This document shows, piece by piece, positions 28,058 through 44,080 of a DNA stretch of 64,000 nt. This stretch comes from Eledone cirrhosa. Taxonomy: Eukaryota. Location: positions 80,662,001 to 80,726,000 of the forward strand of contig OZ024743.1 in the NCBI GenBank assembly GCA_964016885.1. The letters run 5' to 3'. The number at the start of each line of letters is the position of its first letter. Within the stretch, counting starts at the first letter, position 1. The notes beneath the pieces were generated by a model. That model was not told where the DNA came from, did no database searches, and saw only the letters and a list, made by a program, of their open reading frames with translations. The translations under genes were made by a program, and so were the position numbers.

Positions 28058-28091
<34 letters not shown>

Positions 28092-28198
28092 ATAATAATA
28101 AATTTGAAGACTAAAATTCAAAGAGGGCTCGATAAGGATAAATATATATCAAATATATAAGAACCGTAGAGCAAGTATTTATTAAAATAACAAATTAA

Positions 28199-28249
28199 AG
28201 TTTAAGCAAAGAATCGTTGCTTTCATCCTTAACGGGATCTTCTGAAACT
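28199..28249 (-). ncRNA. Hammerhead-like motif, family B (A4 variant)
   Basis: AGTTT-CAGAAGA-TCCCGTTAAGGAT-GAAA-GCAA..TTGC-TT-AAACT. Confidence 0.6.
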
Positions 28250-28289
28250 AACAAAATCAATCTGATGGGATGACAGAATTCTTTGAGAT

Positions 28290-28630
<341 letters not shown>

Positions 28631-28972
28631 GTATATATGTATATATGTGTGTATGTATATGTGTATGTATGTCTATATATATGTGTGTATGTATGTATAT
28701 GTGTGTATGTATGTATATGTGTATGTATGTCTATATATGTGTGTGTATGTATGTATATATATGTATGTATGTATATGTGTATGTATGTCTATATATGTGT
28801 GTGTATGTATGTATATGTGTGTATGTATGTATATGTTGGTGTTACGTGCTCACGATAGGTGTGATTGAGTATACCATTGAGTGTCAAAAATTACTGCACT
28901 TAATGCACCATGTTATCTTTGTTTTCACTCGCCTGTATGTGTATGTATATATATTATATGTATATAAATGTT

Positions 28973-29029
<57 letters not shown>

Positions 29030-29043
29030 GTATATAAATGTAT

Positions 29044-29119
<76 letters not shown>

Positions 29120-29172
29120 ATATATGTATATATATATATATACACACACATATGTATATAAATGTATACACA

Positions 29173-29262
<90 letters not shown>

Positions 29263-29590
29263 TATATACATGCTCTCGTATGATTGTATGTGTTTATATA
29301 CATGTAATTAAATTTCTGTTAATAAGCTGTATAATTTGAACAGGGTTACTTGTGAATCAGCAATGCGTCTGGCTTGTAATATTTCTGTAGAACATGCTAG
29401 TACTTGTGTTTGTGCGTGTATGTGTATGTGCGTGTATGTGTATGTCCGTGTATGTGTAAGTGCGCGTGTATGTGGGTTTGGGCTGTTTCCTATATGCGTG
29501 TCTACATATCTCTATTTTCCTCCATGTTTGTATGAAATCATAAACATCTCGATGAATATCTACATGTTCCGGAATTTTCTTTATCTATAT

Positions 29591-29649
<59 letters not shown>

Positions 29650-30012
29650 TCTCTCTCACTCCCTCTCTCTCTCTCACTCCCTCCCTCTCTCTCTCTGTCT
29701 GTGTCATATATATAAATATATACATTTATGAAAAAAAGATGAAGATTCGTTTACATGTATTTAGTTTTTTTGTGTGTGTGTTGACATGTTACGCGCGTTT
29801 CACAGCGGATCGGCTCAGGGTCACCCATAGACGTTATGGAACCGAATCAATTATCGTGGGTTTATTTAAAAGTGTATATGCTTGTATATCTACTTGTGTT
29901 TTTTTATATATGCATGCATCTATATACATATGTATACTTATGAATGTATGTATATATATAAATATATATACATGTGTGTGTGTGTGTCTGTATATACATA
30001 TACATATATATG

Positions 30013-30045
<33 letters not shown>

Positions 30046-30052
30046 ATATGTT

Positions 30053-30101
<49 letters not shown>

Positions 30102-30104
30102 GTT

Positions 30105-30170
<66 letters not shown>

Positions 30171-30195
30171 TAAGGGGCACAGAGAGTGCTAAAAA

Positions 30196-30327
30196 GTACG
30201 TTATTCCGGGTTGAATCGGAGGTAACCACAGTAAGTAAGGTACTCAATACATTGCAGAGTATACTCTGCAATGTATTGAGTACCTTACTTACTGTGGTTA
30301 CCTCCGATTCAACCCGGAATAACGTAC
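30196..30327. repeat. Essentially perfect 132-bp palindrome built from the family E tail
   Basis: Centre GAGTATACTC; the arm matches 49105-49152 and 39301-39342. Confidence 0.9.
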
Positions 30328-30359
<32 letters not shown>

Positions 30360-31577
30360 TACATATATGTGTGTGTGTGTGTATGTGTGTGTATGCGTGT
30401 GTGTGTGTATGCATATGTATCTTTATACATTTCTCAAATGTCACTAATTAATGTTATAGAGTGTGAAGATTCTTCTTTCCAGTTATATACCAGTTATATA
30501 CACTGGCCATATTCTTCTATCATGTCTGTATTGTCAGCATTTCTCGATCATCTTAATAACGATTGTTGAAGAATCCTCTTTGAAATAGAAGATGCAATTG
30601 CATAATTTAGTTTCAATCCCTAGTCTATATATTATCTGAAGAAAGCCGTGTGGTTGAATATCGTTGTTTACGATTAACTTCTACCATCCTCACATAATGT
30701 TTACACACGAAGATTAAGTTTATTTTAATGATAGTGTTTTCTGCCTTGTTGATAATCACTTCTGCCTTGCTTCACTGGTTAATGGGACATGCGTTTGATT
30801 TCTGCATGTGCAGTTATATTTCATTACTTGACTTGCTTCACTTGCTAGTACGCTTCTCATGTAGGAGGTACAATTGTAATTTACTTTGATGTTAGTTCTT
30901 TCAAATTCTTCATACACGTGAAAGCTTATAATCTAAAACCTTGTTCTTGACACAGTACTGAGTATATATCACAAATGAGCGATAACATTCCAGAAACACA
31001 TGTCTGGCAGCCTCATATGGTTACTGAGATAGCTGTGACATAAACACAGCTTAACATATTCAAAGCGAGGCACTTGTATATTTCTTATACTTAAACATGT
31101 CATGTATCCCTTTATATGTGTTGGCCCTCCGTTGTTTTGGATGACAAGTGTGCTAATCAACGGAACTCCCTGGTCGTGAAATTAACCTGTAAATTGCTGA
31201 GCTTTCTACAGAGCGTGTATACTTAATTTCGATCTCAGGGAGATTCAATATGACAAAATATGCCACAAAGCCTCATCAATTACAAGTGCAACTGAATTTT
31301 GACAGCGAAATGAACTGAAGTATAGTGAAATAAAGTCCCTTGCTCAAAGACACAATGATCCGCGCTCTCCGAGACTTCGTGTTGGTGGTGACCCGTACAC
31401 ACATAACTCTGACACACACGCCTTCACAGCACTTAATATACATTCCTATAATGAACCAAGCTATGTTAGTACTGCTTCTGTTGATTAATACTGGCTGGTT
31501 ACTATATAGGAATGACTATCTCCTGAACTATCGTGTACGCTTCCATATACTCGCCTATAACACATACATACACATTA

Positions 31578-31621
<44 letters not shown>

Positions 31622-32449
31622 AGGAGTATACGAAAATATGTATATATGTATATAAATATACACATTTGTTCATATAACTATATTATATATGCAATATATA
31701 TATATATGTGTGTTGCTTTTGTTTCAGCTATGATGGTTAAATCACGCTAATAACCTTTAAGCGCCTCTTATTATCAATATTATTAAATTATTGCATTGTG
31801 TTTCTGATTAATCTTATTTTTATTAATTTATTAATAATAATTTAATATTGACTAAATTAAATCTATTAATCATTGAGAAATTTAAATTTAAACTTACATT
31901 GAAAAGTCAATATATGGATTAATATATAATTTATACGATAAGTCGTCGAATTGCTTTACATCGCATCAGTTAATAGTTTAGCTTTCTGAGTTCTTTCAAA
32001 TCTCACTGAGTCCTTGATGCTTTCACCTACCTTGATCACGGACAATCCATCTATCAGCCAGTCTTCCATGTGACCCTAGTGTGTAGCACGTGGTGCAATT
32101 GTTTTTTCCTCATATATTTTTTTACGTTGTCTTACGCCCGACTTAAGCATTTTGAAAGAAAATGTATGGAAAGTGTTTGGAAGTTTACCAAATTGATTGT
32201 TCCTGGCATAATAAGGACCAGTCTTATGATTATACAGTGCCTCACCTTGATTTCGTTTGATGTTTACATTAGGGATAAACACCTGTGAAATACTCATCCA
32301 CGTACTCACTTAATGAGCAGCTAGAGCAGATGTTCGGGCCGACTACTCTTCGTCGCAACAGACTGGGATTCACAATTATAATAGTAATGTTAAATAAATT
32401 ACTTTAACCTTTTTTATTGGAATATGCTGTTCTTCACAGAATGGTATTT

Positions 32450-32790
32450 TCTTCTTCTTCGCCCACTTATTCCTGAGAGGGTCACAGGAGCAGAGTTCTC
32501 AAACTCCCCACCCTTTCAGCGGGTCCTGTCAGAAGCAACTGTCTTCAATTGATCCGGCTGGATCTCCAAACAAGACCAGCCAAGTTCATGGATATTATCC
32601 AACAATCTTGCTTGTGATCTTCCCCTGGGTCTCCTGTCGGTTGGTTTTGCCGTTAAAATCTGAGAGCGACTCTTTCCTGAGACACTCTAACTACATGTCA
32701 ATAGTATCGGAGCTGTGATCTCTCAATTCGGAGAAGATGATGATCTACCTGTAGTGAATCTGTGATCTATGATGTTATTTTCTGAAAAAT
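32450..32790 (-). mobile_element. RTE-type LINE 3' fragment
   Basis: RRPRGRSQAR-like segment and a (GAA)n tail. Confidence 0.55.
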
Positions 32791-33061
32791 ATATATCTGT
32801 TAGAAAACGTAGTCCTCTGGTGTAATCGCTAGAGTGTCGGACAAAATACACTGCGGTAATTGTTTCTATTTATTAAATTCTACTTTCAAACTGAAGATGA
32901 TGGAATAAACTGCCAGTGGAGTATGTGGATCGATTTAATTGATTTTCTCTGTAAACTGCTGATCTTGTGCCTATCTTAGATTCATATTATTAAATACATG
33001 TTATGGTTAATAAGTCCATAACGGTACACAATATTAACAAAACATTATATATGTCATTATT

Positions 33062-33250
33062 AGGGCGGTGGATTGGCAGTATCGGTAGAGGGTCGGACGC
33101 CATGCTTTGCAGCAGTTATGTCCCTTTACGGACTGAGTTCAAAACCCGCCGAGGTTAACTTTGCCTTTCATCCTTAAGGGGTCGATAAAATAAAGTACCA
33201 GTAATACACTGGGATAATTGCTGGCCTTGTGCCAAAAGTAGAAACAATTA
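33062..33250 (+). mobile_element. SINE family S1
   Basis: Full head, central and tail match to 27449-27640. Confidence 0.85.
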
Positions 33251-34027
33251 TATATGTCATTATCGTTTATACGTCCACTTTTCCTCGTATGGGTTGGATT
33301 GGTTCTTCTCAGTACAGGATCTCTCCACTCGTTGCGATCCTTTGCCACAGACTCTATGAGACTCAGTAATTTGAGGTCAGCTCTCACATCTTCTGCTCAG
33401 GTCTTTCTTGGTCTACCTCTACCGTGACACCCTCCCACTGGTATTTCCGGCCACTTCGTCACCCAATATAAATATATGTGATCTATATTACCAAATTTTA
33501 CTGATCAAATTCTATTGCAAAATTATACAATATCTATTGCAATAACATTTATACAATATTTATTATAGAATATAGGTTTGGCTGTGTGAATAGGAAAAAC
33601 TAAACTCAGTACACTAGGACTGATATGTAATTTATCAGAACTGTAAAACTATGCCAGTGAACTGAGAGCCAATATTTTCATATTAAAGGAAATTGTGAAT
33701 CTGTTTGATGAGAGTACCAGTGTTTGTTGTAGGCTCAGTCCGTTAGTAGGCCGAACAACTAAACACCCTCCGACGTTCACTCAATATAAAAACTGTTATT
33801 AAATACACAACCCCTGACCCTCCAATCATTGGTTTAGCTTATTGAAAATGATGTTTACAAATATGCAAATATAGAATAACATCACTAACTGATTGAAAAC
33901 TTGGTCTTCTTCACCACCAGGACAGTGTACATAGGGTAAATAAAGTCCAAAATATGTGTGTGTATATATATATATACGTCTATATATATATATATATATA
34001 CGTCTATATATATATATATATATATAC

Positions 34028-34067
<40 letters not shown>

Positions 34068-34153
34068 GTATATATTGTTTATATACATATATGTATATAT
34101 AGTATGTATATTAATATATATATATATATGCATATACACCCGCAGGCACCCAT

Positions 34154-34228
<75 letters not shown>

Positions 34229-34231
34229 ATT

Positions 34232-34306
<75 letters not shown>

Positions 34307-34423
34307 ATTTATATATATATATATATATATATAGATAGATAGATAGATATATATGTATATAGTTTATATGTGTGTATATATATATATATATGTATGTATA
34401 TATATATGTATATATATATAATC

Positions 34424-34472
<49 letters not shown>

Positions 34473-34477
34473 TATAC

Positions 34478-34517
<40 letters not shown>

Positions 34518-34522
34518 TATAC

Positions 34523-34564
<42 letters not shown>

Positions 34565-34569
34565 TATAC

Positions 34570-34635
<66 letters not shown>

Positions 34636-35136
34636 TATACGTGTATATATATCACTTGTACATATACACACATTACATGAATCAATTGTACATTTCACCT
34701 CGAGGAATAACGAGCAAACCAACTTTTCACTCAACACACACATACACAAACGTGTGTCTGTGTGTATGTGTGTCTGTGTGTATGTGTGTGTGTGTGTGTG
34801 TATGATGTGTGTGTGTATATGTGTGTATGTGTGTATGTGTCCGTGTGTGTGTGTGTGTGTACAAAGAATTACTCAAATAATAACGAGACAAACGAATGTT
34901 TCAGTTGAAAATAATTTTATTTAATAAAATGTTGAAATATTACAAAGTTAATAGAGTACGTTACATATATGACTGCGGTGGTGGTGGTGGTGTGATGGTG
35001 TGGTGGTGGTGTGGTGGTGTGGTGGTGTGATGGTGTGGTGGTGGTGGTGTGGTGGTGGTATGGTGGTGGTGGTGGTGGTGGTGGTGGTGTGGTGGTGGTG
35101 GTGGTGGTGGTGTGGTGGTGGTGGTGGTGGTGGTGT

Positions 35137-35312
35137 GGCACAAGGCCAGCAATTATCTCACTGTATTACTGGTACTTTATTTTATCGACCCTGTAAGGAT
35201 GAAAGCAAAGTTAACCTCGGCGGGATTTGAACTCAGACCATAAAGGGCCGTAACTCTATGCTGCAAAGCATGGCGCCCGACCCTCTACCGATACTGCCAG
35301 CCCACCGCCCTA
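35137..35312 (-). mobile_element. SINE family S1 (further copies or fragments at 25105-25225, 35835-36055, 36307-36470, 44385-44485, 46995-47170, 57652-57752, 60054-60165)
   Basis: Sequence identity to the S1 consensus. Confidence 0.85.
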
Positions 35313-35804
35313 ACATGGCGTCCGACCGACCATCTACCGATACTGCCAGCCCACCTCCCTAATATAGCGTCCGACCCTCTACTGATACTGCCAATCCACC
35401 GCCCTAACATGGCGTCCGACCCTCTACCGATACTGCCAGCCCACCGCCCTAATATAGCGTCCGACCCTTTACCGATACTGCCAATCCACCGCCCTAACAT
35501 GGCGTCCAACCCTCTACTGATACTGCCAATCCACCGCCCTAACATGGCGTCCGACCCTCTACCGATACTGCCAATCCACCGCCCTAACATGGCGTCCGAC
35601 CCTCTACCGATACTGCCAGCCCACCGCCCTAATATAGCGTCCGACCCTTTACCGATACTGCCAATCCACCACCCTAACATGGCGTCCGACCCTCTACTGA
35701 TACTGCCAATCCACCACCCTAACATGGCGTCCGACCCTCTACTGATACTGCCAATCCACCACCCTAACATGGCGTCCGACCCTCTACCGATACTGCCAAT
35801 CCAC
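35269..35804. repeat. 45-bp tandem array (~12 copies) of the S1 SINE 5' head
   Basis: Unit CATGGCGTCCGACCCTCTACCGATACTGCCAATCCACCGCCCTAA is the reverse complement of the SINE start. Confidence 0.95.
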
Positions 35805-37011
35805 TGATAATAATAAAGAAATCATAATTATTATTGGCGGTGGATTGGCAGTATCGGTAGAGGGTCGGCCGTCATGCTTTGACGCATAGAGTTACGGCCC
35901 TTCCTATTCTGAGTTCAAATCCGGCCGAGCTTAACTTTGCCTTTTATCCTTACGGGGTCGATAAATTAAAAAATACCAGTAATGCACTGGGGTCGATTTA
36001 ATCGACTTCCGCCTCCCTCAAAATTGATGGCCTTGTACCTATATCAGAAACCATTTATTATTATTATTTTGTAGTTTTTATATCTTCATTGTTAAAATAG
36101 TCTCGCCATTGTGCACTTTTACTCGACCTTATTGTAAACCCCCACTGTCCCTGTCTTTGTATTGTCCCCTACATGTTGGCCCCTGTGGTCAATAAATGAA
36201 ACCATTATTATTACTATTATTACTGGAAGGATGAAAGGCGAGGTTAGCATTGGGTAATTGCTGGCCTTGTGCCAACAGTAGAAACAATTATTATTACTAT
36301 TATTACAAGGTCGGACGCCATGCTTTGATGCATAGAGTTACGGCCCTTGCTATTCTGTGTTCAAATCCCGCCGAGGTTAAATTTGCCTTTCATCCTTACG
36401 GGGTCGATAAAATAAAGTACCAGTAATATACTGTGTAATTGCTGGCCTTGTGCCAAAAGTAGAAACAATTATTTTTATTATAGTTAAATATACATTTCTC
36501 ACTACATCTTCTTTCAACAAAGATATGTTTATTTGTAGCCAAATACACATAAAATACGGACAGGTACTAAATGAAACACATTCAGACACACACACTCACA
36601 CATACACACATAGGCACATGTTCACATATGCACACAGACACATACACACACACGCATACACAAAGAGGCACATGTTCACATATGCACACAGACACACACA
36701 CACACACACACACACATATAGGCACATGTTCACATAAGCACACAGATACACACACACACACACACATGCACAGACACATAGGCACATGCACACAGACATA
36801 CACACACACGCATGCATACACAAATAGGCACATGTTCACACACACACACATGCACACACACACACACATGCACACACACACACATCTGTATATGTTTACA
36901 TATGTACACAGACACACACACCTACACACGCACATATATGCACATGTTCACATATGTAGAGACACACACGTACATATGTACATATTCACACACGTACACT
37001 GACATGTTTAC

Positions 37012-37101
<90 letters not shown>

Positions 37102-37748
37102 CAGAGAGAGAGAGAGAGAGAGGAGAGAGAGATGGAGAGACAGACAGAGAGATGAGAGTGAGAGAGAGAGAAAGAGGAGTTGAAAAAGTAGAAAGTCCGA
37201 GTATTGGCGCAAAATAACAGTATAATAATAAATGTATAGAATACCATTTTCATCTCGTTTGTTATAAAACACACACACACATACAAACACACAGACACAT
37301 ATATACACACACACACAAACACAGACACATATACACACACACACACACAAACACACAGACACATATACACACAAACACACAGACACATATACACACATAA
37401 ACACACATATACTCACAAACACAAACAGACACACACTCTCACGTGATTTTCAATATCACAATCATAATACAAAGAAAGAGAACATTAATTCATATGTATA
37501 TATAGCAATGAACACATACAAAGGTGTATATATTTATATATAGTATATGTCTGTGTAAATATGTATATATATATATATGTGTGTGTGGTGTGTGTGGTGT
37601 GGGTGTGTGTGTGTTTGTGTGTGTGTGTGTATAATGTTTGTGTGCATCAGTTCATATATATTGTAATTAAACTATTTTCTTTTCTTGTAAAGCAATATAT
37701 ATCTCACTTTCATTCTCCCTCGTATAAACATTTATATAATATAATATA

Positions 37749-37802
<54 letters not shown>

Positions 37803-38069
37803 CAAAATATTAATAAATGAAGACGTTCACATAATCAAAATATATGTTTTATTATATGTATTACCGAGGTACTGTGCTATTTTTTCAGTACGTCCTCATC
37901 AGATAAAATACATAAATTGATGTACGACATACCTCAACTGTCTTGATGGTTTAATTTCAGTTTGGCAGTGATTTATTACAACAAAAGTCTATGTTTATAT
38001 ACCACAAGAAGGAATAACATGACAAACTAAATATGATGTAGAGAGGGATGTGGAGCGAGCCAACATTTG

Positions 38070-38140
<71 letters not shown>

Positions 38141-38319
38141 TAAAATAACAGATTAAAATTTAAGCAAAGAATCGCTGCTTTCACCCTTAACGGGATCTTC
38201 TTTGCTTAAACTTTAATCTGTTATTTCAATAAATATTTGCTCTACGGTTCTTATATATTTGATATATATTTATCCTTCTCGAGCCCTCTTTGGATTTTAG
38301 TCTTCAAATTTATTATTAT

Positions 38320-38366
<47 letters not shown>

Positions 38367-38601
38367 ATTTAAGAATAGATAAAACGATCACAAAATTTTA
38401 CTAGTGTGTATACAAAAATTACACGGAGAAAACGAAGCGAAGAAATATACTAGTTTAACGCTTGATATGGGAGAAAATGCGTCTCTTAGTTTTGGACACA
38501 AGTCCTTCATTAGAAGTGGCGAAATAAGAGTTAGAAAGATATGGAGAAGAGGAATTAAAGGAAACATTTATTTTAGAAAAACCACGTGTGTATTCGGTCA
38601 T

Positions 38602-38690
<89 letters not shown>

Positions 38691-38708
38691 CATGTGTGTG
38701 TGAGTGTG

Positions 38709-39069
38709 TAATACAAATGTGAAGGTGAAAATACACAGATGTATATTTAAAGATTATTTTTTCTTTAATCAGACAGAATAAATAATTTTGTAATTGTTGC
38801 ATTAAATATTTCCATTGGTTAAACAATAAAATATTAGATATTAAATGTTAAATATTTTTAAAAGAATGTTTTTTCTGATGTATTATGCTCACAGAATACA
38901 TCAGAAAAAACATTTTTTATTAATATTTAACATTTAATATCTAATATTTGATTGTTTTACCAATGGAAATATTTAATGCAACAATTACAAAATTATTTAT
39001 TCTGTCTGATTAAAGAAAAAATAATCTTTAAATATACATCTGTGTATTTTCACCTTCACATTTGTATTA
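38709..39069. repeat. Foldback element with ~175 bp arms plus a short tail to ~39110
   Basis: Arms are reverse-complementary around ~38889. Confidence 0.9.
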
Positions 39070-39155
39070 TAACCTGTTTTGTATAGAACCTTACCCACTT
39101 TTCAACAATATATATATGCATCTATACATATATATATATATACATGCATATATAC

Positions 39156-39296
<141 letters not shown>

Positions 39297-39387
39297 TGTG
39301 CCGGGTTCAATCGGGGATAACCACAGTTAGTAAGGTACTCAAGCGCTTTCCTGATGATTTCCTTCGAATTAAACAGTTCTAGTCTTG

Positions 39388-39431
<44 letters not shown>

Positions 39432-39754
39432 AAGAAGAAGTGGGTGAGAGAATATTAGTTAAAACCAGGCCTGATTCAACATAGTATTCTGTACTTCATG
39501 AAATTAGTGTGTGTGAGTGTGTTTAATACATATGTATATAGAGATGTCATTAATTCAACGTGGTAAACCCATATTTCAGAGATGGGTTTATCGTGTTGCC
39601 TATACATAAAATGTACAGGCAACACGGTGAAATGTTAACCCATTCGATGGTAAAAGGCTTTTAAACTTGCTCGTAGGTCTTGTCTTTTATAAAAATATAT
39701 ATTTATGTACTATGTCGATATCTATGTTTGTAACATATGTATGCATATACATGC

Positions 39755-39888
<134 letters not shown>

Positions 39889-40152
39889 TTTATAGGATAT
39901 ATATTATTGTTGTCTGTTTTATAATAAAGCATGGCAGTGTTCAGTATAACTGTGTAGATTTGTGTATTTAGGGTGAAATTAAAAATACAACACGCACACA
40001 CATACACATAAATACACACACACATATATATATATAATATATGTATATATATATATAATTAATAAAGCAAACAAAACAAACACAAGAAAAAAAGCTAGTT
40101 GTAAAATATATATATTATGTTATATATATATATATTTTATATATAATATATG

Positions 40153-40298
<146 letters not shown>

Positions 40299-40349
40299 TT
40301 GAAGCTGTTATGATATTGCTGTCTGATATGACTTAGTTTCCCAAAAGAC

Positions 40350-41310
40350 TATAACTACTCTATAACACCAGATATAACTACTCTATAACACCAGATATAA
40401 CTACTCCATAACACCAGATATACTACTCTGTAACACCATATATAAATACACTATAACACCAGATATAACTACTCCATAACACCAGATATACTACTCTGTA
40501 ACACCAATATAACTACTCCATAACACCAGATATACTACTCTGTAACACCATATATAACTACACTATAACACCAGATATACTACTCTATAACACCAGATAT
40601 ACTACTCCATAACACCAGATATACTACTCTGTAACACCAGATATAACTACTCCATAACACCAGATATACTACTCTGTAACACCAGATATAACTACTCCAT
40701 AACACCAGATATACTACTCTATAACACCAGATATAACTACTCTGTAACACCAGATATAACTACTCTGTAACACCAGATATACTACTCTATAACACCAGAT
40801 ATACTACTCTATAACACCAGATATACTACTCTATAACACCAGTTATACTACACTATAACACCAGATATACTACTCTGTAACACCATATATAACTACACTA
40901 TAACACCAGATATACTACTCTATAACACCAGATATACTACTCTATAACACCAGATATACTACTCTGTAACACCATATATAACTACACTATAACACCAGAT
41001 ATACTACTCTATAACACAAGTTATAACTACTCTGTAACACCAGATATACCACTCTATAACACCAGATATAACTACTCTGTAACACCAGATATACCACTCT
41101 ATAACACCAGATATTACTACTCTATAACACCATATACACTACACTATAACACCAGATATACTACTCTATAACACCAAATATAACTACTCTGTAACACCAG
41201 ATATAACTACTCTGTAACACCAGATATAACTACTCTGTAACAACAGATATACTACTCTATAACACCAGATATAACTACTCTGTAACACCAGATACAACTA
41301 CTCTGTAACA
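40350..41310. repeat. 21-22 bp minisatellite (ATAACTACTCTATAACACCAGAT-like)
   Basis: Direct inspection. Confidence 0.95.
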
Positions 41311-41452
41311 GCATATATACTCAATACTACAAAACTACTAAATACATTTCTTGCATTTATATTTTTCGGAAAGTAGAAAGCACAAATCCGCACACACACT
41401 CACTCACACACACACAGATAGACAGACACACACAGTCAAACACACACACACA

Positions 41453-41523
<71 letters not shown>

Positions 41524-41644
41524 GTGTTATTAAGGCTATATATTGTGTCTCGTGACTCTGGAGTTTCCCCTGTTTACTAAATTATCATCAAACATAGGCA
41601 CAAATATATATCATCATCGTTTAACGTCCATCTTCCACGCTAGC

Positions 41645-41732
<88 letters not shown>

Positions 41733-42081
41733 AAATAAGATGCTGAGGTTACATATATCGTTTAATCATATATATACATATATGTGTGTGTGTGTGTGTG
41801 TGTGTGTTTAAAATGAAGAAAGACCAAGGTTTAAAATTTAAATCCAATTCTTTAATTTCTACGTTCGTTTCAATACAGATGATAATGATACATCCATATG
41901 TAAACAATAAGTTAATCAGAAACAGTTAATTAGCAATTATTTCCATAAAACATAATACATATAACACCTGTATATCATCAGGAGAGGAGGTTTAGTGAGC
42001 ATAGAACTTCTCTCACCTTACAGAAACTGACTTTCGAGTACTCCCTTATAATCACTTATAAATGTATATTTGCAAAACAAA

Positions 42082-42116
<35 letters not shown>

Positions 42117-42222
42117 ATTTATACATGTGTGTGAGCGTCTGTGATATATATATATGAAGTATTTCCGTAGGAAGGGTAAAGGAGAGTGCTCTATGTAAAC
42201 TACAGAGCTATTTAATTATTAA

Positions 42223-42312
<90 letters not shown>

Positions 42313-42401
42313 GTAATAATAATAAAAATGTGACGACTAATATATATATATATATAGTGACGAAACATAAGTCAATTGCATGAACTCATAATCCTTTATT
42401 T

Positions 42402-42459
42402 ACTGCTATATATATATTTCGATGATAGCCATTGAATGGCTATGACCTCATCAGGCAGT
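42402..42459 (-). ncRNA. Type I hammerhead ribozyme
   Basis: ACTGC-CTGATGA-GGT(C)ATAGCCA/TGGCTAT(C)ATC-GAAA-TATATATA-TA-GCAGT. Confidence 0.88.
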
Positions 42460-42537
42460 TAGTCAGTTCTAAGATATGCCAGTTCTGTGTTTATAGTGAT
42501 GATGGTATCAGAGCCTTGGGACATATGTATATATATT

Positions 42538-42765
<228 letters not shown>

Positions 42766-43126
42766 CATATGTATATATTCATACATGTGTGTGAGAGTGT
42801 AATATATATATATTTATATATAAAGGTGTAAACGTGTTTATGTATGAATATCTATATATGTATTCTTTATTATAAAACAAATATGCGTAAATATAAAGTT
42901 GTGTGTATAACTTTACATATGTGGGTCTATATAAGGAAACGTTATATATATATATATATAAAGATATCTTTCTTTATTTATATATAAAGATATATAAATA
43001 CACACACACACACATATATATATATATATTTATTTATATATATATGTGTGTGTTTGTGTTTTTTAGTTAGTATATATGCTGTAAAACCTCGATTCCTCTT
43101 AATCTTTCTCTTTCTCTTATCACTCA

Positions 43127-43286
<160 letters not shown>

Positions 43287-43288
43287 TA

Positions 43289-43324
<36 letters not shown>

Positions 43325-43325
<1 letters not shown>

Positions 43326-44080
43326 TTCTCCGTGTGTTGAACGGGTCATATCTTATATATTATGTTTCAGTTCATTTTCTGTACCTGGTTTATATCATTC
43401 CCGTGTTTGGCCCTTGTCAGATCGTTTCTAACACTTCTTTCTTCACCCACCTTTCTACACTCCATTCTTTGACCAAAAATATCTTCTCTAGGCTGTAATA
43501 ATGCATTCCTCTCACTGACATCTCTTACACACACTACATCGTATTCATCTGATAACTTACCCCTCAGGCTAATTATACTCCCTCGCACACTAACATCACA
43601 CATCCATGTCGACAGCAGAGCAGTCGTCACACATACACTCACACACTACATTTAATTCTTTTATTTCTCTAAGTCTATTTATAAACCTCTGTTCATGCAC
43701 TCTAACATCACATGTTCATGTGCATGCATCACACGTCCACACCAGCGCAGTCCTCTCTCACTGTCTAACTCTCGTACAATACATTTAATTCTTCTTATAC
43801 CTATTATTTCAGTCAGCCCATTTATACTGTCGTTCATGTATACTAACATCACACAACCAGTGAAGCATAGTTACCTCATTTCTTTTCTCTCCTTCATACA
43901 TTCTCTAAATACAATGCCATCTTTCCATCCCATCTTACCATGCAACACCGCACTACATAATCAACATACAATTTCCCCAATACCCAGAGAGAATGTATCC
44001 CTTTGTTGCTGGCAGATGCAATAGCCCTCTGTACTTCTCCTACCCCTTTCTTACTCTGTTTATTATTGTTTTGGGAGCAC
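43325..44080 (-). mobile_element. Degenerate RTE-type LINE 3' region
   Basis: GKLY...VVR..LHG-like remnant and purine-rich ORF-like composition. Confidence 0.45.

Noticed and set aside
30630-30675. CTGAAGA-AAGCCGTGTGGTT-GAATA as an HHR
   Set aside because: GAAA is broken and there is no stem I.
31990-32340. Unique-looking sequence as a possible host exon
   Set aside because: No recognisable domain, in-frame stops and no convincing splice context.
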